Assembly (NCBI GenBank): GCA_001430755.1
Contig: CP013062.1
Span: 720,001 to 752,000, forward strand
Source: Candidatus Peribacter riflensis
GTDB lineage: Bacteria > Patescibacteriota > Gracilibacteria > Peribacterales > Peribacteraceae
DNA length: 32,000 nt
Direction: 5' to 3'
Shown: positions 21,999 to 31,100 of the stretch, one piece after another
How positions within the stretch are numbered: position 1 is the stretch's first letter
Layout of the letters: each line of letters opens with the position of its first letter
Notes under the pieces: model-generated
The model's database searches: none
Told to the model about the DNA's origin: nothing
Seen by the model: the letters and a program-made list of their open reading frames with translations, nothing else
Made by a program: the position numbers and the translations under genes

Positions 21999-22586
21999 CT
22001 ATGCCTTCGTAAACTCCGGATCCATCATGAGTCTGCTTTCTTCGGGCAGACTCTGCCCCTGGTACTTACTAAATGGCTTCACGTTGTAGGGCTGCTCGGC
22101 CGGACTCGTCATGACCTCGAATGCCAGCTGGCACACGCGCATGCCCGGGTAGAGCGCTACGGGAAGGCGGTTTAAGTTGCTGATCTCGAGCGTGATCGTG
22201 CCCGAGAAGCCGGGATCCACGAACCCCGCCGTGGAGTGGATAATGATACCGAGTCTCCCTAAGGAACTGCGACCCTCCACACGCACCACCAGATCATCAG
22301 GCACGGTGATGGTCTCTTCCGTCACGCCGAGGATGAATTCGCCCGGCTGCACGATGAACGGATCACCCTCTTTAACCTCGATCGTCCGCATGTTGCCGTG
22401 AAAGCTCTCGGGCTTCTTGGGGTCCAAAACGGCAAACTTGCTGTGCTCGTAGATCTTGAAAACAGAGCCCAGGTGCAGATCCATCGAGGAGGCATGGATG
22501 TGCCGGCCCAGATCACCGCGCGCCGATGTGATCTTCACGCGGCCGGATGCAATGGCCTGCCTGATGTCCTTATCCGAGAGAATCAT
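21999..22586 (-). CDS. dcd: dCTP deaminase (dUTPase superfamily)
   Basis: From the internal ATG at 22586 (MILSDKDIRQAIASGRVKI...), 195 aa. The motifs HASSMDLHLG, VEGRSSLGRLGI and GFVDPGFSGTITLE are typical of Dcd. The maximal ORF (to 22691) adds 35 unlikely residues. Confidence 0.88.
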   Translation of the reverse strand: MILSDKDIRQAIASGRVKITSARGDLGRHIHASSMDLHLGSVFKIYEHSKFAVLDPKKPESFHGNMRTIEVKEGDPFIVQPGEFILGVTEETITVPDDLVVRVEGRSSLGRLGIIIHSTAGFVDPGFSGTITLEISNLNRLPVALYPGMRVCQLAFEVMTSPAEQPYNVKPFSKYQGQSLPEESRLMMDPEFTKA

Positions 22587-22670
22587 GAGGCGCGATCCTA
22601 CCATAGAACAGGATGAAAATCGCGCGATTTTCCACCCGTGCGTGCGCGGATCGCGGTAGAATGCGGACCC

Positions 22671-24419
22671 ATGCCGATCCACACGGATCAACTCTCAGAC
22701 ATTCAGGAACGTGATACTCTCGCGGAGCAGGAATATACCCCCGAAAAGGAGACGCTGGCCCAGAGGCGCAGCAACCTGATTCAGTACTTCCGCGGCTTCA
22801 TTGCGGAGACATTCGACAAGCTGCACGTCGCCTCGGCGGAAGAAACGGAACGCCTGCACCAAGGGCTTTTGCACATCGGGCTCACGGAAGACGAAATCAC
22901 CCAATGGGAGGAGTACCGCGATACTATCGCCGAACGACAGAAGGAATCAGCACATCAGCTTTCTGGGCAACTGCATGCGCAGCTCGACCGTGCGCATGCG
23001 GAACATATCATCACCCGCGAATCGAAGCAGCGCTGGCTGGACCGCTTCACGGATCCCTCGCTCGGTTACAAGGCAAAGGAGTACTTCGTGCAGCACCAGA
23101 TGCCCTCCTACCTCGCCTCATGGGAAAAGGTGGCCAAGAAGCGCGTGAAGCTCCTCAATGATCCGAAGTTCACATCCCTCACGAAGACGGATGTATCGGA
23201 TCTCGATACCTTCCAGAAAGGCAAAGACTTCTTAGACCTCCACTACGAGAAGCGCGCGGACTTGAATGCGCGCGTCGAGGCCGCCATCACATCCAAGGCG
23301 CGCGGCATCGAACATCTGCACGGCAGAGCCAAGTCGCTCCTCGAGACGGCTGCGGCCGCCGGCGCCGTCAACCGCGACAGGCTGGGACGTTGGCTCCTCG
23401 ATAAGCTGAAAAAATTTCCCTCCGCGATGGCGCTGCAGGATTTCGTGGAGCATCAGCTGCCGGAGTACATCAAAACCTGGATCAAGATCCGGACGGAGTA
23501 TGACTGGGTGGAAGCCAAAATGAAGGAATCCGTCCCGCAGGGATTCAACCGCCTCACGCCCGAGAAGTTCCTCCTCTTGAGCTATCCGCAACGTAAGAGC
23601 TACGTGGAGCAGGCGAAGCAGAGGCTCAATCTCACCGAGGCGCCGTCGCCGCGCGAGATGGAGAACATCAAGCTCGGCATCCGCCACGCGCTCGATACCA
23701 AAGACTGGGAAGAAGCCGACAGCCTGCTCAAGAAGGCACGCACACTCTTCGATCAGGGCAAAGGAGTGGATAAGGACCGCTTCGAGCTCGATTCCATGCA
23801 ACGCTACCTCACAGAATTCCGGACAAAAGAGGAGAAAGAGAAACACCCGATGAACTCCGCGCGCGAAACGCTGGAGCAGATGCGCGTCGCGTTCTCACAG
23901 ATCCCGAAACCCCTCCAGCCCCTGTACCTCGCCGCCATGAACGACCCCGACAAACTCGGAGCCGTTGCGGCCTGCACCTACAACCGTGTGTGGTGCCGTG
24001 AGCACGGGTACCTCAACGATGAACGCGAGAAAGAGCTGGAGCAGGACGCGACCGTCTCGACGCAGACGCTCGCCCGGGAAGGCAAGCACCGCAAGAAGGG
24101 GCTCGACAACGTGAAACTCGGCGTGGTAGCCGATAAGCAGCATGACCCGGCGGTACGCCGCTACGACGAGGGAGAGTGGGCTCCGACCATCATTCATATG
24201 CCACCCGACACCTATCAGCACTTCGATACCATTCTGGAGTCGCGAAAGAACAATCACGCCTTCCGCTACTGGACCACCCTCATCCCCACGAACGTCACCT
24301 ACGAGGAGCAGCAGCACCTCGTGAAGAACGTGAACTGGGTGCTCAAGAGCGGCATCAGGAAGCTGAAGGAACAGGGTCTGATGTTCACGCTGACCGGCAA
24401 TCCTCCGTCGCTGAATTAG
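22671..24419 (+). CDS. Hypothetical alpha-helical protein with an internal duplication
   Basis: The maximal ORF begins at GTG 22638. The ATG at 22671 (MPIHTDQLSD) is preferred. Repeated segments are RWLDRF..KEYFVQHQMPSYLASWEKV and RWLLDK..LQDFVEHQLPEYIKTWIKI. No family recognised. Confidence 0.75.
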   Translation: MPIHTDQLSDIQERDTLAEQEYTPEKETLAQRRSNLIQYFRGFIAETFDKLHVASAEETERLHQGLLHIGLTEDEITQWEEYRDTIAERQKESAHQLSGQLHAQLDRAHAEHIITRESKQRWLDRFTDPSLGYKAKEYFVQHQMPSYLASWEKVAKKRVKLLNDPKFTSLTKTDVSDLDTFQKGKDFLDLHYEKRADLNARVEAAITSKARGIEHLHGRAKSLLETAAAAGAVNRDRLGRWLLDKLKKFPSAMALQDFVEHQLPEYIKTWIKIRTEYDWVEAKMKESVPQGFNRLTPEKFLLLSYPQRKSYVEQAKQRLNLTEAPSPREMENIKLGIRHALDTKDWEEADSLLKKARTLFDQGKGVDKDRFELDSMQRYLTEFRTKEEKEKHPMNSARETLEQMRVAFSQIPKPLQPLYLAAMNDPDKLGAVAACTYNRVWCREHGYLNDEREKELEQDATVSTQTLAREGKHRKKGLDNVKLGVVADKQHDPAVRRYDEGEWAPTIIHMPPDTYQHFDTILESRKNNHAFRYWTTLIPTNVTYEEQQHLVKNVNWVLKSGIRKLKEQGLMFTLTGNPPSLN

Positions 24420-24429
24420 AAGGAAACAG

Positions 24430-24451
24430 AGGAGGCAGAGGATGCAAAGGA
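24430..24451. repeat. Left arm of the 22-nt inverted repeat flanking dnaX
   Basis: aggaggcagaggatgcaaagga. The reverse complement of 26090-26111 is aggaggcagaggaagcaaagga, matching at 21 of 22 positions. Confidence 0.8.
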
Positions 24452-24463
24452 AACGAAAGCACT

Positions 24464-24490
24464 GGAGGAGCGTATGCTATGATGCTCTCC
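24464..24490 (+). terminator. Candidate intrinsic terminator after the 593-aa ORF
   Basis: ggaggagc (24464-24471) pairs with gctctcc (24484-24490), giving 7 bp plus one bulge and a 12-nt loop. It is followed by ttcatcttt, which is only a partial T-tract. Confidence 0.35.
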
Positions 24491-24497
24491 TTCATCT

Positions 24498-24562
24498 TTA
24501 GTCCTTAGTCCTAAGTCCTCTGTCCTAAGTCCCCTACGCCCTACTCCTAACCCTAACCCTAG
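24498..24562. repeat. Degenerating heptamer tandem array immediately upstream of the dnaX ATG
   Basis: ttagtcc ttagtcc taagtcc tctgtcc taagtcc cctacgc cctactc ctaaccc taaccc tag. This is nine units, ending 2 nt before the ATG at 24565. It is preceded by ccttcat (24489-24495). Confidence 0.85.
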
Positions 24563-24564
24563 AA

Positions 24565-26031
24565 ATGGCTCTCTACCGAACGTATCGGCCACTCGCCTTC
24601 GTGGATGTCGTGGGACAGGACCACATCGTGACGACCCTCGAGCAGGCCGTGATGCAAGACAAACTCTCGCATGCCTACCTCTTTGCAGGGAGCCGCGGCA
24701 CAGGCAAGACTTCGGTGGCGCGCATCCTCGCCAAGCACATCATGACGCACGGCATTCCCGATGGGCCGCTCAAGCAGCAGATCATCAAGGGTATCGAGGA
24801 AGGGTCTCTCGTGGATCTGCTCGAGATCGACGCGGCGTCGAACCGCAGCATCGATGACGTGCGTGATCTGATCGAGAAAATCCAGTTCTCCCCTGTCGTC
24901 GCCGCCGCAAAGGTCTACATCATCGACGAGGCGCACATGCTCACCAAAGACGCATTCAATGCGCTCCTGAAGACCCTTGAGGAACCGCCGGAGTATGCGC
25001 ACTTCATCCTCGCCACGACGGAGCTGCACAAGATCCCCTCGACCATCCAGAGCCGCTGCCAGACCTTCCCCTTCCGCCCCATCGAAGAGGAGGACATCGT
25101 CCGGCGGCTGCAGTACATCGCCGATCAGGAACACATCACCGTAGACCGCGAAGCCCTGCGGCTGGTTGCCCGGCACGTGGAAGGGGGCTTAAGGGACGCG
25201 ATCTCGCTCTTAGACCAGATGCGCTCCCTCCCCAAGATCACTGTGCAGGATGTGGAGCAGCGCATCGGTGTCTCCGGCCACGAACACATCGAGCGCGTCG
25301 TCGATGCGATTCAGCGCAATGATCCGCCGGCGCTTCTCGATGCCGTCCAGGCGCTGGAGGAAGCCGGCGTTCCGCTCGATCTCTTCCTCCGCTCCCTGCT
25401 CACCCTCATCCGCTCGGAGCTGCATCACGCCATCGCGGAGAAAAAGCCGATCACAGAGCACATGCACGCGCTCGATATCCTGCTGGAAGCCGTGCGTGAC
25501 CTGCGGCTGGCACCCGTTCCGGGGCTCGTGGTCGAAGCCGCCCTCCTCGCGCTCTGCGCTCCAGCAGGAAAGGAACGCGGCAGGGCAGAGATCCTGCCGG
25601 CGAAAGCAGCGGAGAAGGTGGAGAAGAAAAAATCCAAAGAAGAAGAGACTGCAGCAGCCCAAGCCCCCAAGAAAGAGGAGGAATCGGCTCTGTCTGGGGC
25701 GGAGATCGAGGCGCCGGAAGTCACACTCGAAACCATGACGGCCTCGTGGGAGCAGATTGTGGAAGAAACAGCGCCCGCATCGGTGCGCATGTCGCTCAAG
25801 AACGGTGAATTGCAGACCGTCGCGGGGCTGAAAGTCACCGTAGGATTCACCTCGGCATTCCACCGCGACAAAGTGGCGGCCACCGACGCGAGCCGCACCG
25901 TCGAAGAAATCATGCATAAGATCTTCAGGCGATCACTGAAACTGGAATGCGTGCTCGAGAAGGACCGTGAGAAGGACGGCACGAAGGAGAACGTCGTGAA
26001 TCTCGCCGACGCGGCAGCGGAAGTCTTTTAG
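24565..26031 (+). CDS. dnaX: DNA polymerase III subunit gamma/tau
   Basis: 488 aa. It begins MALYRTYRPLAFVDVVGQDHIV and has Walker A GSRGTGKTS, Walker B VYIIDEAHML and the SRC motif TIQSRCQ. The C-terminal linker is Lys/Glu-rich. Confidence 0.95.
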   Translation: MALYRTYRPLAFVDVVGQDHIVTTLEQAVMQDKLSHAYLFAGSRGTGKTSVARILAKHIMTHGIPDGPLKQQIIKGIEEGSLVDLLEIDAASNRSIDDVRDLIEKIQFSPVVAAAKVYIIDEAHMLTKDAFNALLKTLEEPPEYAHFILATTELHKIPSTIQSRCQTFPFRPIEEEDIVRRLQYIADQEHITVDREALRLVARHVEGGLRDAISLLDQMRSLPKITVQDVEQRIGVSGHEHIERVVDAIQRNDPPALLDAVQALEEAGVPLDLFLRSLLTLIRSELHHAIAEKKPITEHMHALDILLEAVRDLRLAPVPGLVVEAALLALCAPAGKERGRAEILPAKAAEKVEKKKSKEEETAAAQAPKKEEESALSGAEIEAPEVTLETMTASWEQIVEETAPASVRMSLKNGELQTVAGLKVTVGFTSAFHRDKVAATDASRTVEEIMHKIFRRSLKLECVLEKDREKDGTKENVVNLADAAAEVF

Positions 26032-26089
26032 AAGAAGCAGAGGAAATTCTCCGTATGGAGAGGTATTCTTCAGGATGTCATTCTCTGCC

Positions 26090-26111
26090 TCCTTTGCTTC
26101 CTCTGCCTCCT
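26090..26111. repeat. Right arm of the 22-nt inverted repeat flanking dnaX
   Basis: tcctttgcttcctctgcctcct. An adjacent partial direct copy, tctctgcctcc, lies at 26083-26093. Translated in the maximal ORF, this gives the low-complexity SFSASFASSASF. Confidence 0.8.
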
Positions 26112-26116
26112 TCCCT

Positions 26117-26698
26117 ATGTCCCATATCTCCGAGCAAAAAACCGAGCTCCGCGCCGCCATCCTGGAACGCATTCAGTACATGAATGAACAGGCACGTACG
26201 GCCGAGAGCCGCTCCATCGCCCGCCGCATACTCGAAGAACTGCCGACGGACAGTGTGATTTGCGCGTTCTTCCCCATGAAAACAGAGCCCGACATCCGCC
26301 TCCTTCTCACGGAAATCATCACACGGGGTCAGGAGTTGTTCTTGCCCACATTCGACGGACACGCACTCGTCATGCGCCGGACATACGACCTGGCACACCT
26401 CATCACAAGCGACTATGGAATTCCAGAACCTGCCAGTGACGCGGAAAAGTTGGATGCGCATACCCCTGTCATTGCGCTCATTCCCGGTCGCGCATTCGCC
26501 GCAGACGGAGGACGGTTGGGCCGCGGCAACGGCGGCTACGACCGGTGGATCGCGTCTCATCGCAGCCAGAATGACCAGTCGCGCTACTACGGAGTAGCCT
26601 TTGACTGCCAGATCGTGAGTGCCGTTCCAATGGAGGAACACGACGTTCCGCTCGATGGATACATTTCTGCGCGTGGATTCACACTGGCACAGAAGTAA
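26117..26698 (+). CDS. 5-formyltetrahydrofolate cyclo-ligase family protein
   Basis: From the ATG at 26117 (MSHISEQKTELRAAILERI). Family-typical motifs are FFPMKTEPDI and GRLGRGNGGYDR. The maximal ORF from 26075 translates a repeat element. The mirror antisense ORF 26078..26701 has no motif. Confidence 0.85.
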   Translation: MSHISEQKTELRAAILERIQYMNEQARTAESRSIARRILEELPTDSVICAFFPMKTEPDIRLLLTEIITRGQELFLPTFDGHALVMRRTYDLAHLITSDYGIPEPASDAEKLDAHTPVIALIPGRAFAADGGRLGRGNGGYDRWIASHRSQNDQSRYYGVAFDCQIVSAVPMEEHDVPLDGYISARGFTLAQK

Positions 26699-26781
26699 CA
26701 ACCTTTGTGTTCAGAAGGCTTTTCAGAGTGTAGGCACGTGGTAGGCTGAAGAAGCCCTCACCCCCCTCCCCTCTCTCACCC

Positions 26782-28104
26782 ATGACGTACCTCCCCGCAC
26801 TCAAGAAGACGGACCCGCAAATCCGCGACCTCATTGTCGCTGAGGAAAAGCGTCAGTGGTCGAAGATCCGCCTCATCCCTTCCGAGAACTACGCATCCGC
26901 CGCGGTGTTGGAAGCCTCGGGGAGCGTGCTCACGAACATCTACTCTGAAGGGTACCCGGGCAAGCGGTACTACGAAGGCCAGCAGAACACCGATCAGATT
27001 GAGACACTCGCCATCGAACGGGCAAAGGCAGCCTTCGGAGTGGATCATGCCAACGTGCAGCCGTACTCGGGCAGCCCGGCGAACATGGCGGTGTATGCGG
27101 CCGTGCTGCAGCCGGGGGACACGATCATGGGGCTCGCACTCGCGCAGGGCGGACACCTGACGCACGGGTGGAAGGTGAATTTCTCGGGCAAGCTCTATCA
27201 CTCCGCGCCCTACGAGCTCGACCCGCAGACGGAGCGGCTCAATTACGACCAGATCTGGAAACTGGCGAAGGAGGCGAAGCCCAAGCTCATCGTTGCCGGC
27301 TACACCGCGTATCCGCGCATCATCGAATGGAACCGGTTCCGCGAGATCTGCGACGACGTGGGTGCCATTTTCCACGCCGACATTTCACACATCACGGGGC
27401 TCATCCTGGGTGGCGCGCACCCGTCACCGTTCCCCATGGCCGACACGGGCATCACCACCTCGCACAAGTCACTCCGCGGCCCGCGCGGCGCGATGATGAT
27501 GTGCAAGGCCCAGTACGCCCAGGCCATCGACAAGGCCATCATGCCGGGCCTGCAGGGCGGACCCCACAATCAGACGACGGCTGCAATCGCCGTGGCCTTC
27601 AAGGAAGCAAGCCAGCCCGCCTTCAAGGAGTACGCCGCGCAAATCGTGAAGAATGCCAAAGCCCTCGCCGACCAGCTCAATAAACATGGCTTCAGACTGA
27701 TCAGTGGCGGAACCGATAACCACCTGATCCTCTTCGAAACCTTCAAGAGCAAGGGCATCCTCGGCCGCGATGCTTCCCGCGCCTTAGACCGCGCGGGCAT
27801 GGTCGCCAACTGCAACCTGGTGCCCTTCGACACGCAGACCCCCATGAACCCCTCGGGCGTGCGCATCGGCACCCCGTCCGTCACCTCACGCGGGATGAAG
27901 GAGGCCGAAATGGTGAAGATTGGCAACTGGATCAACGAGGTGCTCACCCATTCCAAGGACGAATCTGTCTTGGACCGCATCGCCGGCGAGATCGCCGAGC
28001 TCACACAGAGCTTCCCCTGCCCCGGTATCAACCCGCAGAATTGGTCTGAGGACGGGGGTGTCCCTTCGTCAGACGTGAAAAAGCAGGTTGCCCTGGCGCA
28101 CTAG
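26782..28104 (+). CDS. glyA: Serine hydroxymethyltransferase
   Basis: 440 aa. Motifs are LIPSENYAS, YSEGYPGKRYYEG, VQPYSGSPAN and the PLP-lysine region TTSHKSLRGPRG. Confidence 0.95.
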   Translation: MTYLPALKKTDPQIRDLIVAEEKRQWSKIRLIPSENYASAAVLEASGSVLTNIYSEGYPGKRYYEGQQNTDQIETLAIERAKAAFGVDHANVQPYSGSPANMAVYAAVLQPGDTIMGLALAQGGHLTHGWKVNFSGKLYHSAPYELDPQTERLNYDQIWKLAKEAKPKLIVAGYTAYPRIIEWNRFREICDDVGAIFHADISHITGLILGGAHPSPFPMADTGITTSHKSLRGPRGAMMMCKAQYAQAIDKAIMPGLQGGPHNQTTAAIAVAFKEASQPAFKEYAAQIVKNAKALADQLNKHGFRLISGGTDNHLILFETFKSKGILGRDASRALDRAGMVANCNLVPFDTQTPMNPSGVRIGTPSVTSRGMKEAEMVKIGNWINEVLTHSKDESVLDRIAGEIAELTQSFPCPGINPQNWSEDGGVPSSDVKKQVALAH

Positions 28105-31100
28105 TTGTCGCAGGCGCAGAAGTGCACGATGCCTCCCCAGGTGTATCCGTCGGGATTGTACGATGCACTGTACGACCACGGCGTCTGGCCCTGTAAGACC
28201 GTCCTACGTTCGCCACATCCGGGATTACCGTAGGTGTCGTTGAAGAACGTTCCCAGTGCCGAAATCTGCGCGGGTGTGGGATTGTACTTGGCGGGCGTGA
28301 AAGAAGCGGAGGAATACTTGTACATGAGATAGAGGCGCTTGCAGTTGTCCGGCTGCTGCACCATCCAGGTCTGTGCCGTCGCATTGTATTTGTTCGCACC
28401 AAACCGGCTGCAGTACTGACGACAGCCGATGGTGGCGGTGTTTCGGGTGTACATGTCCGATGTCACCGGAGCATTGCCATTTCTGTACCAACAGGTGCCT
28501 CTGTAGGAGGTAATGTTGGACTGAACGTCATACAGCTTCGTTGCAAGATCGCGCGGGTCGAGATCGATCGTCCTGCAGAAGAACTCCTTCATGCACGCAT
28601 TGTCACAGCCATCGGTGTTCCACATGTTCCCGTCATCGCACTGTTCCTTCCCTTCGATGCGCCCATCGCCGCAGAGCGACGCTGCAGTGGTCAACCTGCA
28701 TTGCGCCGTGCAGTACGCATTGCTCATCGGTCCCCAGTCGCACTGTTCGCCGGATTCCACGACGTTATTCCCGCAACCGGGCTGTTCGACGGTGATGAAT
28801 CGATGGAGGATACGCGCGCCCTTTTGGCCTCGCTGCGTGCTGCGCACGGACGCCTCCAATTCGTACATCCCCGCAACAGGAGACGTAACGCCCACCGTCA
28901 CGGCCATCTTCTGCCCCGAAGCCACATTCGGCGCCGTACAGACTACGGAGCTTTTTCCCAGTAACTTGCACCGCGCATCCGATGCCTCTGCGACGTATGT
29001 CAGATTCTTCAGGTCAATCATGATGACGACACTGTCGGCACGTGGCTGCAGATTCAGTCCTTCAATGGTCAATGTCGCCGTCTGACCGGTGACGATCTTC
29101 TTTGGGACAGACGACAGGATATCGGCCAGGGAATCCCGTATGCAGTTCGTGCAGCCATCCCACTCCGTCGTATTGCCGTCATCGCATTGCTCAGTGGCAT
29201 CCACGCGTCCATTGCCGCAGAGTTCAGGATGCTCGCGCTGGCAATTCCGTCGGCAGCCATCGCCGCTCACGGTATTGCCGTCATCGCAGGCTTCGTTCCG
29301 CATGGAGAAGAGCAGATCCTGCACGACGCCGTCGCCGCAGAGAGCAGGAACTTCAATGAGCGTGCATTGATAGGTACAGTCGCTCTCCTTTTTCCCGTTC
29401 TGCTGTCCGTCATCGCACTGTTCCAATCCCTCCCGCACTCCGTCGCCGCAGCGCGGATCACTGCAATCGTTGGGGCACCGATCGTAATTATCGCTATTGC
29501 CGTCGTCACACTGCTCATCTGGCCACTGACGGATGCCGTCACCGCACCGTGCGAGCCTGCAAGCATTCGTACACCGGTCGTCATTGATGGAATTTTTATC
29601 ATCACACTCCTCTCCGGCCTCCACGATCCCGTTCCGGCACACAGCCTGGCTGCTGGAGCTGGAGACAGCGCTTGAAGACACCACCGAAGAGACACTCACA
29701 GCGGAACTGGAGGAAGCGGAGACAGACTCGGAGCTCTCGCTCGAAGAGGCTGCAGCATGGAAGGAGGACTGGGCGGAGGACAGAGAAGAAGCGTCGGACG
29801 CGCTGGAATGCTCGCTGGAAGAAGCCTGCGACGTCAGTGAGGAAACCGATGAAACCGCCGAAGATGCCGAACTTTCGCTGCTCTCAGAGGAGAGTGCTGA
29901 GCTCGCCTGTGATACGAATGAGGATTGCGCGGAACTGATGGCCCGGGACGATGTGGATGAACGCAGCGAACAATCGCGCATGATCTTCGTAAACTGATAG
30001 TCATCCCGGTAATTGAGATCCATGGATGTCTGACGCGCAATCACCATGACGGATACGCCCGGCTGCCCACACCGGACGGTGTCGCTGAGCGAAACAGGAA
30101 TAGAAAATATGCGTAATCCGCGGGATTCGAGATCCCCGATGCGGCAGGTGATGGAACGCCCCGATGTCACGCATCCCTCGACGGCGCCAAAGGTGATTTC
30201 GCTCGCCGTGGAGCCATAAGACATCGAAAACATCACGTCTTTCGCCGTGCCGGGACCGGAGTTCCTGATCCACATTCGCAAAACGGCAGAGCCCTCTCTC
30301 GGAGTACGGTAATAATTACTCGAGGGAACACTGAGATCCGCTTCCACGTGGCAACGATCACTGCAACCATCTTTTGGAGTGGTATTGGCATCATCACACT
30401 GTTCTCCAAGCTGCAGAATGCCATCCCCGCAACGTGGGAGCGCACACGTATTCGAACAGGAGTCTTCGTTCACCTCGTTTCCGTCATCGCACTGTTCCGC
30501 AGCCTGCCGAATGCCATCCCCGCAACGGGCGGCGATGCAAACATTGGAACAGGTATCGGTATCGATCTGATTGCCATCATCGCACTGTTCCCCTGCCTGC
30601 AGAATGCTGTCCCCGCAACGGGGGGCGGCACAGGCGTTGGTACATGCATCATCATCGACCTGATTCCCATCGTCGCACTGTTCCGTCAATTGCACCAGAC
30701 TGTCGCCGCAACGCGCACGAAGGCAGGTGTTGGAACAAGCGTCATTGTTCACCTGATTGCCGTCATCGCACTGCTCCGTCAGTTGTGTGATGCCATCTCC
30801 ACAGCGCGTGCACACGAGCGGATCTGTCTGTGTCGTGGCGCCCGCTCCCGAAACAGTCACCTGAAAGCTCACAGACGGCTGAGCACAGGAGAATGTTGCA
30901 GGAATCCGATAACTCGCAATGACGGTTTTTTCTTTTCCGGCATCAATGCGAAGCGCGCTGCAGTACAACATGCCGTTCGCCCAGGACCAGCACGTACTGC
31001 CCCAACCCGTCGCACCCTGATACACAAAAGAGTTTGGTACACGCGCCACAACAGTCGCCGAACCTAAGCGGTTCGTGATATTTTTCACCTTCACTTCGTA

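Noticed and set aside
22587-22691. N-terminal 35-residue extension of the dcd ORF (start at 22691)
   Set aside because: Dcd homologs begin at the M-x-L-x-D-x-x-I motif, which here is the Met at 22586. The extension would also overlap the divergent gene's start region.
24547-24562. ctaaccctaaccctag resembling the CCCTAA telomeric repeat
   Set aside because: There are only about 2.5 units, internal to a bacterial locus, and it is the degenerate tail of a heptamer array. There is no evidence of a chromosome end.
25621-25640. A-run (GAG AAG AAA AAA TCC, A6 at 25627-25632) in dnaX as a programmed -1 frameshift or slippage site producing a short gamma subunit
   Set aside because: The base before the run is G, so it is not a canonical X XXY YYZ heptamer. 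My reading of the -1 frame finds no stop for about 170 nt, and I see no obvious downstream stimulatory hairpin. This cannot be excluded without experiment, but it is unsupported.
24559-25982. Minus-strand ORFs 24559..25176, 25210..25917 and 25425..25982, and plus-strand ORF 25250..25738, overlapping dnaX
   Set aside because: dnaX is unambiguous (Walker A/B, SRC motif). The overlapping ORFs are shadow frames.
26078-26701. 207-aa minus-strand ORF that almost exactly mirrors the 5-FCL ORF (26075..26698)
   Set aside because: The plus-strand product has the family motifs (FFPMKTEPD, GRLGRGNGGYDR). The minus-strand product has none. This is a coincidental mirror ORF in GC-rich DNA.
30345-30815. 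Regularly spaced ~90-nt repeats considered as a possible CRISPR array
   Set aside because: The period is too long and the repeats are imperfect. They lie inside a continuous ORF and encode the CGDG..EQCDDGN protein repeat. No cas genes are present in the window. The heptamer arrays (12387-12414, 24498-24562) have no spacers.
29187-31067. Plus-strand ORFs 29187..29675, 29533..29997 (acidic, E/A-rich), 30348..31067 and others inside the large surface-protein gene
   Set aside because: They are antisense to a 1061-aa ORF with a signal peptide and 12 canonical Cys-rich repeats. The acidic ORF is simply the complement of the poly-Ser tract.
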